A stretch of 64,000 nt of DNA from Gammaproteobacteria bacterium. Its GTDB lineage: Bacteria; Pseudomonadota; Gammaproteobacteria; Eutrophobiales; Eutrophobiaceae. Each line of letters opens with the position of its first letter. Position 1 is the stretch's first letter. Below, one piece after another: positions 1 through 10,688 of the stretch. Both the position numbers and the translations under genes were made by a program. The notes beneath the pieces are model-generated. The model searched no databases and was not told the DNA's origin. It saw only the letters and a program-made list of their open reading frames with translations. The stretch spans positions 295,617 to 359,616 of the forward strand of contig OZ253445.1 in assembly GCA_965261165.1 (NCBI GenBank), given 5' to 3'.

Positions 1-1
1 C

Positions 2-1222
2 TTCGAAAAACTAGTGCCAAAATTTGTCAGAAATATTTCTGCACGTAAATGTGAAAAATGGTTCACCGACAGGATGAATGAAGAACATGGCATCGGCGGT
101 ATTTTTCCAGCGATGGTTAATGTCTATGAATCTCTGATTGTTTTAGGTCATGATAAAAATAGCGCTGTGGTCAAGCAAGCCAGAAAAGCTATAGACAATC
201 TTCTGATTCATGAGGGCGAAAAAAGCTACTGCCAGCCCTGTAACTCTCCGGTATGGGATACAACACTTGCTTGTCAGACCCTAATTGAAGTACGGGGAAA
301 TGATGAACACGACGAAACAACTATAAAAATTAAGGATGGACTTGACTGGCTAAAAGAGAGACAACTGCGTAATGAGCCCGGTGACTGGCGTATCCCCTGC
401 CCTAAATTAGAAGGTGGCGGTTGGGCATTTCAATACAGCAATTATTATTACCCGGATCTGGATGATACTGCGATGGTTGCTTGGGCAATGTGTCGAGCCG
501 AAGATAAGACCTATGCGGAGGCTATTCATCGTGCGGCCATCTGGCTCGAAGGAATGAAATCAAAAGGAGGGGGATACGGTTCTTTCGAGGTCAACAATAC
601 CCAGTATTATCTAAATTATATTCCATTCGCTGATCATGGTGCCTTACTCGACCCGCCGACTGTAGATGTTACTGGTCGTTGCGTTGCGTTGTTTTCGCTT
701 GCAGATAAAACAAAGTATGAACGAACTATAAAAAATGCAATTCAATATATAAAAGATAACCAGGAAGAAGAAGGCTCATGGTTTGGTCGCTGGGGAACCA
801 ATTATATTTATGGTACCTGGTCTGTACTCACGGCACTGGAACTCGCTAAGGAAGATCCGCAGCAATCCTATATACGCCATGCGATCTCATGGCTTGAAGA
901 AATCCAGAATGAAGATGGTGGTTGGGGAGAAAGTAATGAAAGCTATTATCTGCCAAGGCATCGGCGTTCCTGTTCCAGTACATCATTTCAAACCGCATGG
1001 TCACTGTTGGCATTACTTGCCGTTGATGAAGTCAACTCTGAAGCGGTAAAGCGTGGTATTAGCTACCTGCTCAAATGTCAGGAAATAAATGGATTCTGGA
1101 GTGAACCTGATTATACAGCGCCGGGGTTTCCTCGTGTTTTTTATCTCAAATATCACGGCTACAGCAAATATTTCCCCCTTTGGGCACTTGCTAGATACAA
1201 CAATCTAAACCGCCTGTCTTGA
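2..1222 (+). CDS. shc: squalene-hopene cyclase, C-terminal ~400 aa; 5' end lies upstream of the window
   Basis: Frame open from base 2. DxDDTA catalytic motif (YPDLDDTAM). Several QW-type repeats (GGWAFQ, GSWFGRWG, DGGWGES, NGFWSE). Followed by hpn genes. Confidence 0.9.
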   Translation, partial: FEKLVPKFVRNISARKCEKWFTDRMNEEHGIGGIFPAMVNVYESLIVLGHDKNSAVVKQARKAIDNLLIHEGEKSYCQPCNSPVWDTTLACQTLIEVRGNDEHDETTIKIKDGLDWLKERQLRNEPGDWRIPCPKLEGGGWAFQYSNYYYPDLDDTAMVAWAMCRAEDKTYAEAIHRAAIWLEGMKSKGGGYGSFEVNNTQYYLNYIPFADHGALLDPPTVDVTGRCVALFSLADKTKYERTIKNAIQYIKDNQEEEGSWFGRWGTNYIYGTWSVLTALELAKEDPQQSYIRHAISWLEEIQNEDGGWGESNESYYLPRHRRSCSSTSFQTAWSLLALLAVDEVNSEAVKRGISYLLKCQEINGFWSEPDYTAPGFPRVFYLKYHGYSKYFPLWALARYNNLNRLS

Positions 1223-1923
1223 GCTATATCGGTATTGTCTGTGCGTTATCCGCAGAGGCAAACTGTCTCACAGGTAAAACTATCCCTACTAATATACCTG
1301 TACAAATTAATGAACATGCCATCGCAATAGTCTGCGGCATGGGTGAAGATAATGCCCGAGATGCGGCACAGAAATTAGTTGAGAAAAATGTGATGGCGTT
1401 AGTCAGTTGGGGAACAGCAGGGGCATTGACAGAAGAGCTGCATGCTGGAGATTTATTACTCGCAGATAATATTGTGTCTAATGATAAAAATAATTACTTA
1501 TTTGATGATGACTGGAACAAACGACTTGCCAACAAACTCTATAATACTTCATTAAAAATACACAATGGCACGATTGCTCATGCTCAGCAGGTACTGACAA
1601 CAACTGAAGATAAAAAGACTCTGCATAGGACAACTAATGCTCTGGCCGTTGATATGGAATCCATTGCCATCGCACAGATTGCCAATGAATCTACGCTTCC
1701 CTGTGTGTCAATTCGTGCCATTGTCGATGAGGTTTCACAATGCATTCCTGAAGCAGTGATTAAAAGCACGGATATTTTTGGACACCCATCTCTGTTTCCC
1801 CTATTCTCCAGCCTGATTCGACAACCAAGTTTGATAGCTGAGTTGATCAAGCTAGGCGCAGGCATGAGAGCCGCTGCCAAGACATTGAATACCGTTGCCA
1901 AAAATCAGGCTCTATTTAGATAA
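1219..1923 (+). CDS. hpnG: hopanoid-associated nucleoside phosphorylase-family protein (HpnG-like)
   Basis: PNP/UDP-phosphorylase-like blocks (VCGMGEDNA, SWGTAGAL, AVDMES). TTG start overlaps the shc TGA stop. Position directly after shc. Confidence 0.6.
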   Translation: MSYIGIVCALSAEANCLTGKTIPTNIPVQINEHAIAIVCGMGEDNARDAAQKLVEKNVMALVSWGTAGALTEELHAGDLLLADNIVSNDKNNYLFDDDWNKRLANKLYNTSLKIHNGTIAHAQQVLTTTEDKKTLHRTTNALAVDMESIAIAQIANESTLPCVSIRAIVDEVSQCIPEAVIKSTDIFGHPSLFPLFSSLIRQPSLIAELIKLGAGMRAAAKTLNTVAKNQALFR

Positions 1924-1958
1924 ACAAGACCCAATTAAATAGTACAGATATATTCATC

Positions 1959-4772
1959 ATGCTTACATTCCTAGGTCGGATATCCAACTATTTATTGCTC
2001 GTCTGGGTCGATATTGTTCAAGATCATAAGATACTGACTATTGTCCTCTGCCTTATCGTGGTTATTGTCTCTGTTGATTACACCAACAATAATCTTGGAA
2101 TGAATACTGATACAGAAGATATGTTGTCTCCTGATCTTGCTTGGCGAAAACTGGATAAGGAATTATCAGCGGAATTCCCTCAGTTTAACAGTAACATTCT
2201 GGTCGTCATCGAAGCATCGACACCGGACCAAGCGATGGATGCTGCCGATAGGCTTTATGAACAACTAAAACAGGAAACAACATTACCCAAGGGTGCCTCT
2301 ATCAATTCGTGCACGAGCACCTTGAGTCCAGAATCTCCAATAACTGCGTTGGAAAGCACTTGCAATAGCACAACTATTACAAGCACTTCCCGCCTTGCTC
2401 TTAGATATTCTGAACCTCAATCTGACTCATCCAGAATCAATAGAGGTACCCTTAAATCTATCTTCTCTTTTCGCGCTTTACCTTTCCTTAAAAAATCATC
2501 ACTGCTGTTTTTTGAAGAAGATGAATTACAGGATTTATCTGATCGCCTTGCTGAAATCCAGCCATTCCTTGCCAGATTGACTGAAGATCAAAATATTCGC
2601 GGTTTATTCACCATGCTCGAAGAAGCGATTAGCGCCAAACTTGATGGGGAAGCAATTGAACTCTCCCCACTTATCAAACAAATCAATGCCTCACTTGATG
2701 CTATCTCATCAAACCAGCCCTATCAGCTTTCATGGCATAGCCTTATGACTGGCGAGAAACTTGATAAAGATATTTATCGGGAATTTATTATCCTGCAACC
2801 AGAACTTGATTATAGCGACCTGTTTCCAGCAGAGGATGTCATTGAAAAGATCAGAGCTATTGGCAATGAATTGTCTATCAATGCAGAAAATAATCTACGC
2901 CTAAAGCTGAGCGGTGGCGTTGTACTCTCTCATGAAGAACTACAAAGCGTGATGGAAGGTACGCGACTCTCCGTCATCCTTGCTCTATGTATGGTCACCG
3001 TGATTATGATTGTCGGTCTGGGTTCTTTTTGGTTGGTGTTGGCAACCATCATCACTTTGATTAGTGGGCTTATTATCACCGCTGCCTGGGCGACATTGAC
3101 TGTGGGAGAATTAAATCTAATCTCCGTCGCTTTCGCGGTACTTTATATCGGACTGGGTGTAGATTTTGCGATTCATTTTTGTCTGCGCTTCCGAGAATAT
3201 CTTTTAAATAATAATGATCGCGCCCTTGCCCTGCGTAAAACATCTGAAAGCTCCGGTAGCTCGCTTTTTTTATGTGCAATCACCACAGCAATCGGTTTCT
3301 ATGCCTTCATGCCCACGAATTATGATGGCATCGCAGAACTGGGATGGATTTCTGGCGGCGGCATGTTTATCAGTTTTATTGTCACCATGACATTGTTGCC
3401 AGCACTGCTGGGCATATTCCCATTTAAGGCGAAACCTATTGTTCAAAATAGGCCTTATTCAAATCTTAATAATTCAATAAATAAATTGCTTGCTTTCCCG
3501 ATCACTCATGCTAAAGCAATAAAGATTGCTTCTGTTCTGATTGCTAGCATACTCATTTTGGTTGTGCCCAAGGTCAAATTTGATCACAACACCCTGAATC
3601 TACAAAATCCTGAGAATGAATCTGTCAAGACTTATATGGAGCTTCTGGCAGAAAGCGAATCATCACCATGGATAGCTAAAATTCTCGTAGATAATGCAGA
3701 TGAAGCTATGTTGTTAGAGGAAAAACTGAAAACATTATCTTTAGTTGACGATGTTACCTGGCTGCATAAATTTATCCCTGAACAACAGGAAGATAAATTA
3801 TTTATTATTGAAGAGATAGACCTTATCCTCAGCGGCATGAATTTAAATTTGTCTCTACCTACTCCTGCTGTCGAAGACAGAATTACCGCCATCAATAACC
3901 TACGCTTGTTAATGATCTCCAGGCAGGACGAACTAGATCAAATATCGCTTGCCAGAGATCTATTAAACAAACTTGAAATTTTTATGCAACACCAGGCTCA
4001 ATTAGGTGAACAACAAAAGAGTGAATTATTAATGAAGTTTGAGCATAGCCTGCTTGGCTCATTACCCGGTCGATTGGATTCACTGGATAATTCTCTTACA
4101 GCAGAAGCGGTCAGCAAGAATAGCCTTCCAACAGAATTGAGCAGTCGCTGGATCGGGCAAAATGGAAAATATTTACTTGAGATATCACCAGTAGAAAATC
4201 TGCAAAACAATGAAGCTTTAGAAAGATTCGTAGTACAACTACAATCTAATTTTCCAAACGTCATTGGTTCGCCTGTTGTCAGTGTAGAGGCAGGGGAAGC
4301 AGTTATCTCTGCTTTTAAACAGGCTTTCATCACCGCCTTGTTTGTTATTTCCTTCTTACTATATATATTAATGGATAAATATCGGGATGTACTGCTAATC
4401 ATGAGCCCTATTCTAATGGCAGCAATGTTAACTGCGGCAACCAGCATGGTCTTTTCTATCCCATTAAATTTCGCCAACATTATTGCTTTGCCATTATTGC
4501 TGGGAATAGGCGTAGACAGTGGCATACATATCCTGCATCGCTATAGAAATGCACCTCCAAAGAATGGCATTATTCTCGCTACCAGTTCAGCCCGTGCTGT
4601 ATTGGTCAGCGCACTCACCACCATTGTTAGTATTGGTAATCTATCTTTTTCATCACACCTTGGCACAGCCAGTATGGGAAAATTGCTGACCATTGGAATC
4701 AGTATGACATTACTCTGTACATTGATTATCCTGCCTGCTTTACTGGCGGAAACTAAGAATAAATCTGAATGA
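1959..4772 (+). CDS. hpnN: hopanoid-associated RND/MMPL-type transporter (HpnN-like)
   Basis: 937 aa with two hydrophobic multi-TM blocks separated by large soluble domains (RND architecture). Sits between hpnG and hpnA. ATGA overlap with hpnA. Confidence 0.65.
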   Translation: MLTFLGRISNYLLLVWVDIVQDHKILTIVLCLIVVIVSVDYTNNNLGMNTDTEDMLSPDLAWRKLDKELSAEFPQFNSNILVVIEASTPDQAMDAADRLYEQLKQETTLPKGASINSCTSTLSPESPITALESTCNSTTITSTSRLALRYSEPQSDSSRINRGTLKSIFSFRALPFLKKSSLLFFEEDELQDLSDRLAEIQPFLARLTEDQNIRGLFTMLEEAISAKLDGEAIELSPLIKQINASLDAISSNQPYQLSWHSLMTGEKLDKDIYREFIILQPELDYSDLFPAEDVIEKIRAIGNELSINAENNLRLKLSGGVVLSHEELQSVMEGTRLSVILALCMVTVIMIVGLGSFWLVLATIITLISGLIITAAWATLTVGELNLISVAFAVLYIGLGVDFAIHFCLRFREYLLNNNDRALALRKTSESSGSSLFLCAITTAIGFYAFMPTNYDGIAELGWISGGGMFISFIVTMTLLPALLGIFPFKAKPIVQNRPYSNLNNSINKLLAFPITHAKAIKIASVLIASILILVVPKVKFDHNTLNLQNPENESVKTYMELLAESESSPWIAKILVDNADEAMLLEEKLKTLSLVDDVTWLHKFIPEQQEDKLFIIEEIDLILSGMNLNLSLPTPAVEDRITAINNLRLLMISRQDELDQISLARDLLNKLEIFMQHQAQLGEQQKSELLMKFEHSLLGSLPGRLDSLDNSLTAEAVSKNSLPTELSSRWIGQNGKYLLEISPVENLQNNEALERFVVQLQSNFPNVIGSPVVSVEAGEAVISAFKQAFITALFVISFLLYILMDKYRDVLLIMSPILMAAMLTAATSMVFSIPLNFANIIALPLLLGIGVDSGIHILHRYRNAPPKNGIILATSSARAVLVSALTTIVSIGNLSFSSHLGTASMGKLLTIGISMTLLCTLIILPALLAETKNKSE

Positions 4773-5788
4773 AAACACTGATAACAGGTGCAAATGGTTT
4801 TATTGGCTCAGCAGTCATGCGGCATTGTCTGAACGATGATCAGGATATCCGCGTTTTTGTCCGACCTGGTAGTAATCGAAAAAACCTTGAAAATCTGCCA
4901 ATAGAAATTTTTGAGGGGGATTTACAGGATAAAACTTCACAGAAAAATGCAGTGAAAGATTGTAATGCAGTATTTCATGTCGCTGCTGATTACAGATTAT
5001 GGATCCCCGATCCAGATAATATGTATCAAACTAATGTCACTGGTACGCGAAATCTGATGTTGGTTAGTGCAGAAGCAGGTGTTGAGAAAATTGTTTATAC
5101 CAGTAGTGTTGCCGTATTTGGATTAAACTCAGATGGCACACCTTCTAACGAAGAGTCTCCCATGACTATCGGAGATATGATTGGTCATTATAAGCGATCA
5201 AAATATTTGGCGGAAAAAGAAGTATCGAAGCTAGTTGATGAGGATGGACTACCAGCAATCATTGTCAATCCGTCAGCACCTCTAGGGCATGGAGATATTA
5301 AACCTACGCCAACAGGCAGTATTATTCTTGATACCTTGAATGACCGCATGCCCGCCTATGTCGATACTGGTTTGAATATTGCGCATGTGGATGATGTTGC
5401 TAAAGGTCATCTATTGGCCTTTGAGAAAGGTAAGATTGGTGAACGCTATATTCTTGGTGGTGAAAATCTTAGTCTACAAGCTATCCTCGGTATCATTTGT
5501 GAATTGTCAGATAAAGAACCGCCAAAGATTAAGTTGCCACACAACCTTATCTTACCTATCGCCTGGTGCATGGAGTGCTGGGCAGAGATCAGTAAAACTG
5601 AACCCAGAGCAACTGTTGATGAGATTCGTATGTCCAAGAAACTCATGTATTTTTCTTCAGACAAGGCTATTAAGGAACTAGGCTATGAAATCAGGCCTGC
5701 AAAAGAGGCTATCAAAGATGCTATAGATTGGTTTATAAAAAATGGTTACTGCCGAAAAAAAATAGTACAAGGAAGAAATAATCTCTAG
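4769..5788 (+). CDS. hpnA: hopanoid-associated NAD-dependent sugar epimerase/dehydratase (HpnA-like)
   Basis: Rossmann motif GANGFIGS at the N-terminus. YxxxK catalytic motif (YKRSK). Extended-SDR length of 339 aa. Operon context. Confidence 0.75.
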   Translation: MKTLITGANGFIGSAVMRHCLNDDQDIRVFVRPGSNRKNLENLPIEIFEGDLQDKTSQKNAVKDCNAVFHVAADYRLWIPDPDNMYQTNVTGTRNLMLVSAEAGVEKIVYTSSVAVFGLNSDGTPSNEESPMTIGDMIGHYKRSKYLAEKEVSKLVDEDGLPAIIVNPSAPLGHGDIKPTPTGSIILDTLNDRMPAYVDTGLNIAHVDDVAKGHLLAFEKGKIGERYILGGENLSLQAILGIICELSDKEPPKIKLPHNLILPIAWCMECWAEISKTEPRATVDEIRMSKKLMYFSSDKAIKELGYEIRPAKEAIKDAIDWFIKNGYCRKKIVQGRNNL

Positions 5789-7500
5789 CTGAGATTTGAT
5801 AGGTAAAATAACAGATATCCAAGCAGGAAGAGCATCACCCAAAAGACTGCAACACTGGTTTGAAATTTTTTACCAATAAAACTCTGTTCGCCATAAATAC
5901 GCGAAATACCCAAACCAACACTACATAACAGCCTATCTGTTGCGCCACTAACATAAGTAGCCAATGAGCAATAAATCTTTTTTATAAAACTCCAGCTACC
6001 GGGCAATATTTTTCTGTACAAAAATTCCGCATCAATATTGATTGAACGCAATTCTGGTGGGTAGAGTCCCTGTTTTTGTAGCCAGACAAATGCCAGTGCC
6101 GAGAAGAACAATACCTGCAACTGTACAAGCACATGTGTCATATCGTATGGTGTATATTCAACCGAATTTGGTAACAAGCCATAAAGTAATTGTGGATTTG
6201 TGCCAATAAAGATACATAACAATGCTGCAATGGTCATTGCGATTAACATATTGTTTGGAGGGTCACTGACTCGTAGTCCAGAGTCATGGGCGAAGAATGC
6301 AAAATAAGGGATCTTGATGCCAGCATGGTGGAATACCCCGGCTGAGGCAAACAACAATGCCAGCCAAACCCCATGATAGCCTTCGGCTAAGGCAGCACTC
6401 ATGACCATGGACTTACTGATAAAACCGCTGAACAATGGGAAGGCTGAGATAGAAGCAGCGCCAATGATGCAGAGGATGGTTGTTTTCGGCATGGTCTTAT
6501 ACAGGCCACCCAGTTCAGAACCATTCATCCGCCCTGTCATGTGCAACACCGCGCCCATAGACATAAATAATAAACCCTTAAAGATCACGTCAGTAAAAGC
6601 ATGAGCTACAGCACCATTAATGCTTAAGGCTGTGCCAATCCCAATGCCACAGATCATAAAACCTAACTGATTGATCATACTGTAACCCAATACACGTCGC
6701 AGGTCATTTTCAATCACGGCATAAAAAATCGGGAAACAAGTCATTGCCATACCTATATAAACCAGCAATTCTATCCCAGGATACGCACGCGCCATACAAT
6801 AGACTGCTACCTTGGTGGTAAAGGCGCTTAAAAATACTGTCCCTGTCGGCGTTGCTTCCGCGTAGGCATCTGTTAGCCAATTATGCAATAGTGGAAAGGC
6901 GCATTTAATTCCGAAAGCTATAAAAATAAGCCACGAGGCTAAACCATCTAAACCAATGTATTCGAATCGTGCATCGCCATTTTGATAAATAAACATCGCG
7001 ACACCAGCCAGTAATAACATACCAGAACTCATCTGAATAATGAGATAACGAAAGCCTGAGGCCATGGCCTTGTTTGTACGGCGCGCCCAAATCAGGAAGG
7101 TTGATGAAATAGCCATCAACTCCCAAAAGATAAACAGAGTAATAAGGTCGCCAGAGAATATGGCGCCCAATGCGCTACCAACATAAAACAGAGCCGCGAC
7201 TTGCTGCATGTTATCACGCACATGTAATGAATAAATAATTCCAATAAGTGCAGCAATATGAAATAAATAACCGAACAGCAGACTAAGTCTGTCTATTCTA
7301 AAAGGTTCCAGAATATAACCGAATAGAGAAAACTGTAAGGTACTGCCCTCTTCTAACCCAATCAGACTAAACCCGCCGATAATTGGCAATGCCAGTAACA
7401 AGGCATATCGAAGATAGCCGCGAAGAAATGGCAGCAATAATGCTGCAACAAAAAATAAAATAAAGGGAGGAAGACTATTCATCATCATAATAATCTTCAT
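5785..7500 (-). CDS. MrpD/NuoL-M-N family proton-conducting membrane subunit with ~90-aa C-terminal extension
   Basis: 571 aa polytopic protein. Conserved TM5 Glu (FIFWELMA), TM7 Lys (GIKCAFPLLHNWL) and TM12 Lys (IFKGLLFMS). C-terminal amphipathic stretch plus a final TM helix. Confidence 0.8.
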   Translation of the reverse strand: MKIIMMMNSLPPFILFFVAALLLPFLRGYLRYALLLALPIIGGFSLIGLEEGSTLQFSLFGYILEPFRIDRLSLLFGYLFHIAALIGIIYSLHVRDNMQQVAALFYVGSALGAIFSGDLITLFIFWELMAISSTFLIWARRTNKAMASGFRYLIIQMSSGMLLLAGVAMFIYQNGDARFEYIGLDGLASWLIFIAFGIKCAFPLLHNWLTDAYAEATPTGTVFLSAFTTKVAVYCMARAYPGIELLVYIGMAMTCFPIFYAVIENDLRRVLGYSMINQLGFMICGIGIGTALSINGAVAHAFTDVIFKGLLFMSMGAVLHMTGRMNGSELGGLYKTMPKTTILCIIGAASISAFPLFSGFISKSMVMSAALAEGYHGVWLALLFASAGVFHHAGIKIPYFAFFAHDSGLRVSDPPNNMLIAMTIAALLCIFIGTNPQLLYGLLPNSVEYTPYDMTHVLVQLQVLFFSALAFVWLQKQGLYPPELRSINIDAEFLYRKILPGSWSFIKKIYCSLATYVSGATDRLLCSVGLGISRIYGEQSFIGKKFQTSVAVFWVMLFLLGYLLFYLSNLS

Positions 7501-7726
7501 CCCGCATCAGTATTTTACGCATCTTTGTTGCCATCAGCACCAACGCCACACAAGCGATAAAACCATAAATGGCATAAAAACCGAAGAGGCCTTCCCATGA
7601 GTGAATGGTATGTCGATGAATAAATATTTCGGCCGCCACCAACAAACCACAAATGACATAGAAAATACGTAACGCAAAACTCACATTCTCTGGTTTGTCG
7701 AAATAATATTCTTTTTCGTCTGGCAT
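7475..7726 (-). CDS. small 2-TM membrane protein of unknown function, embedded in the Mrp-like operon
   Basis: 83 aa with two hydrophobic helices (FYVICGLLVAAEIFI; FYAIYGFIACVALVLMA) and acidic termini. 3' end overlaps the next gene. Confidence 0.5.
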   Translation of the reverse strand: MPDEKEYYFDKPENVSFALRIFYVICGLLVAAEIFIHRHTIHSWEGLFGFYAIYGFIACVALVLMATKMRKILMRDEDYYDDE

Positions 7727-7744
7727 AATATTTATTTAAATCAT

Positions 7745-9187
7745 TTATTCGGCAATTGACTGCATTAATTCATACGCAGGTTCAGGGAAGAAAAATAACG
7801 CCACGCAGCCCACACAAGTAATTGCCATTGCAATTAAACAAGGCCACGGTGCTTCCTTAGTCCCTGCATATGCCTCATCAGGTTCGCTAAAGAATCCGCG
7901 CACAGAAATAGGCAATAGATAGGCTACATTCAGTAAAGAACTGATAAGCAGCACTAACAGTGGGGCATAATACTCAGCTTCCAATGTTCCCATCACCAGA
8001 AACCATTTACTCCACATGCCTCCCATCGGCGGTAACCCAATAATACTCATACTGCCAATCAAAAAAGCCATCATAGTAAATGGCATGGTTTTGCCCAAAC
8101 CACGCATCTGACTGATCTTGGTTTTATGACTGGCGACCATGATGGCGCCTGCGCAAAAAAATAAAGTAATCTTTCCAAATGCATGCATGGCGATATGGAT
8201 GCCACTGCCAATGATGCCCATGGTACTTGCCAGCATTGCGCCTAGGACAATATAAGCCAATTGACTGACGGTCGAGTAAGCCAGTCGCGCCTTAAGATTA
8301 TCCTTGCTCATGGCAATGATCGAAGCAATCAGAATTGTTGCCGTCGCCATATATATTATCCACTCACTTGCACCTGTGTTTGCCAGTAAATCAATGCCAA
8401 ATATATATACCGTGACTTTTAATACAGTAAACACACCCGCTTTAACCACGGCAACAGCATGTAACAAGGCGCTGACAGGCGTAGGCGCGACCATGGCCGC
8501 CGGTAGCCAACCATGAAATGGCATCAGTGCCGCTTTGCCAATGCCAAAGATGTAAAGGGCGAAGAGAATGGTAATCACTGCATCGGTTGTTTTACCTGCA
8601 AGAATACCGCCATCAGTAAAATCCAGTGTTCCAGTAATTGTCCACGTCCAGATGATGGCTAACAATTGCAAGGCAATGGAGGTTCCTAATAAATATCCCA
8701 GATAACGACGCCCAGAATATTTTGCCTCATCAGTCCCACTATGTGTTACCAATGGATAGGTGATTAGTGTAATTAATTCATAAAAAATAAATAGCGTAAA
8801 CATGTTGGCACTAAAGGTAAGCCCCATGACAGACGACAGCGCTAATGCAAAACAAACATAAAAACGTGTTTGATTCTTCTCATGGTGACCGCGCATGTAA
8901 CCAATAGAATAAATTGAAGTGACAATCCAGAGAAAACTGGCGACTAAGGCAAACAATATCCCCAGCGGCTCAACTGCGAAGGCTAAGGATAGTCCTGGCA
9001 CGACTTCCAGTAATGTCACTTCAAGCACAGAACCCGCATTGAGAGAAGAATAAATCTTGGTGACAATCATAAATAAACTGACTGAAGAGATTAAAGTCAC
9101 TGACTCTCGGAGATTAGGATGCCGACCCGTTAAACCGATTAAGGTTGCGCCTAGGGCGGGAATAAGAATCGCAGCTTCAATCAGCAT
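7745..9187 (-). CDS. MrpD/NuoN-like proton-conducting membrane subunit
   Basis: 480 aa. FIFYELITL (TM5 Glu), GIGKAALMPFHGWLP (TM7 Lys), HAFGKITLFF (TM12 Lys). Confidence 0.85.
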   Translation of the reverse strand: MLIEAAILIPALGATLIGLTGRHPNLRESVTLISSVSLFMIVTKIYSSLNAGSVLEVTLLEVVPGLSLAFAVEPLGILFALVASFLWIVTSIYSIGYMRGHHEKNQTRFYVCFALALSSVMGLTFSANMFTLFIFYELITLITYPLVTHSGTDEAKYSGRRYLGYLLGTSIALQLLAIIWTWTITGTLDFTDGGILAGKTTDAVITILFALYIFGIGKAALMPFHGWLPAAMVAPTPVSALLHAVAVVKAGVFTVLKVTVYIFGIDLLANTGASEWIIYMATATILIASIIAMSKDNLKARLAYSTVSQLAYIVLGAMLASTMGIIGSGIHIAMHAFGKITLFFCAGAIMVASHKTKISQMRGLGKTMPFTMMAFLIGSMSIIGLPPMGGMWSKWFLVMGTLEAEYYAPLLVLLISSLLNVAYLLPISVRGFFSEPDEAYAGTKEAPWPCLIAMAITCVGCVALFFFPEPAYELMQSIAE

Positions 9188-9191
9188 CGAC

Positions 9192-10688
9192 TTATTGCCC
9201 TCCCATCAGATAAACGGCTGCCTGTTGGGCGATGTCCGTAGTAAATGACGCATTCACGCCGAAATAAATATTCGCAAGAATAACTATCCATAGCGGAATT
9301 AACATAGATAATGGTGCTTCTTTGAACTGCATAGGCTCAGTGTCAGCATCTTGGAAATAAACAACTTCGACAACCTTCCAGATATAAATAACTGCCAGGA
9401 TTGAACCTAAAAGAATCAATATAGCTAACCACCAACCCTTTTGCAGGGCAGCAACGATTAAATACCATTTACTAACAAAACCCACCGTCGTTGGAATGCC
9501 GATCAAACTTAGTCCGCCAATCACAAATGCCATTGTCGTCCATGGCATTTGCCTGCCCACACCTTTTAAGTCTTTCAGTGAAGCTGAATCGAAGCGGAAG
9601 AAGAAACATGCAATAGCCATAAACAAAGCCGTTTTAATTAAGGCATGATTGAATAAATGCAATATGCCCGCCATGACTCCAGCGACTGAAACCAGACTTA
9701 TGCCTAAAATCATATAACCAATTTGGGCAATACTGGAATAAGCCAACATCTTTTTAATGTTATCTTGATATATCGCTGCCAGTGAGCCGCTGAAGATTGC
9801 CAATAGAGCCATCATCATCATCATACGATCAAGCAACATCACATCAAATACATACTCTGCACCGAAAATGCTAAACAGAAATCTGAGCAAGACATAAATA
9901 AAAACCTTACTGGTGGTACCTGACAGGAATGCAGAAACGATTGAAGGTGCATAGGTATAGGCGTTGGGTAACCAATGATGCAAAGGAAACAAACCAAATT
10001 TGATGCAGATACCAACGGTAAAAAAGGCAAATGCGGTCACGATGGTTCGTGTATCCTGCACATCTCGAATACGTTCTGCCATATCAGCGATATTCAGTGT
10101 GCCGGTCATGACATACAACAAACCAACACCAATGAGGATGAATGTCGCCCCTACCGTGCCCAATATCAGATAGCGAAAAGCCGCCAATAATGCCTGTCTA
10201 TCTCGTCCGGCACTGATCATTGCATAAGAAGACAATGAGGCAATCTCGATAAAGACAAACATATTAAAGGCATCGCCGGTAATGATGACGCCACATAGAC
10301 CCGTTAAATGCAGCAGAAAAGCCGTATAAAAAAGATAGATTCGGTCTTCCGAGATTTCCTTGTATACACTTTCGCGCGCAAAGGTAATGACAATGGAAGC
10401 AATCGCCGTAATGATTAATAAGACAAAGGCATTCAGAATATCAACACGATATTCAATTCCCCAAGGAGCATCCCAACCGCCGATGGCATAAATAACTTCA
10501 CCGTTGGTGAGTACCTGTTGCAATAGGAGTGAAGCAATAAGAAAGCTAACCCAGCTACTGACTAGAACAATACCCCAGACCAGATTGTGTTTGTGCACTA
10601 ACATGCAAATGGGTACAAATAAAAGAGGGAAAACGACCTGTAATACAGGCAGATGCTCTGAAATTACCAAGCTATTTTCTGTACTCAA
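9192..10688 (-). CDS. MrpD/NuoN-like proton-conducting membrane subunit
   Basis: 498 aa. FVFIEIASL (TM5 Glu), CIKFGLFPLHHWLP (TM7 Lys), HALIKTALFM (TM12 Lys). 4-nt overlap with the upstream MrpC-like gene. Confidence 0.85.
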   Translation of the reverse strand: MSTENSLVISEHLPVLQVVFPLLFVPICMLVHKHNLVWGIVLVSSWVSFLIASLLLQQVLTNGEVIYAIGGWDAPWGIEYRVDILNAFVLLIITAIASIVITFARESVYKEISEDRIYLFYTAFLLHLTGLCGVIITGDAFNMFVFIEIASLSSYAMISAGRDRQALLAAFRYLILGTVGATFILIGVGLLYVMTGTLNIADMAERIRDVQDTRTIVTAFAFFTVGICIKFGLFPLHHWLPNAYTYAPSIVSAFLSGTTSKVFIYVLLRFLFSIFGAEYVFDVMLLDRMMMMMALLAIFSGSLAAIYQDNIKKMLAYSSIAQIGYMILGISLVSVAGVMAGILHLFNHALIKTALFMAIACFFFRFDSASLKDLKGVGRQMPWTTMAFVIGGLSLIGIPTTVGFVSKWYLIVAALQKGWWLAILILLGSILAVIYIWKVVEVVYFQDADTEPMQFKEAPLSMLIPLWIVILANIYFGVNASFTTDIAQQAAVYLMGGQ

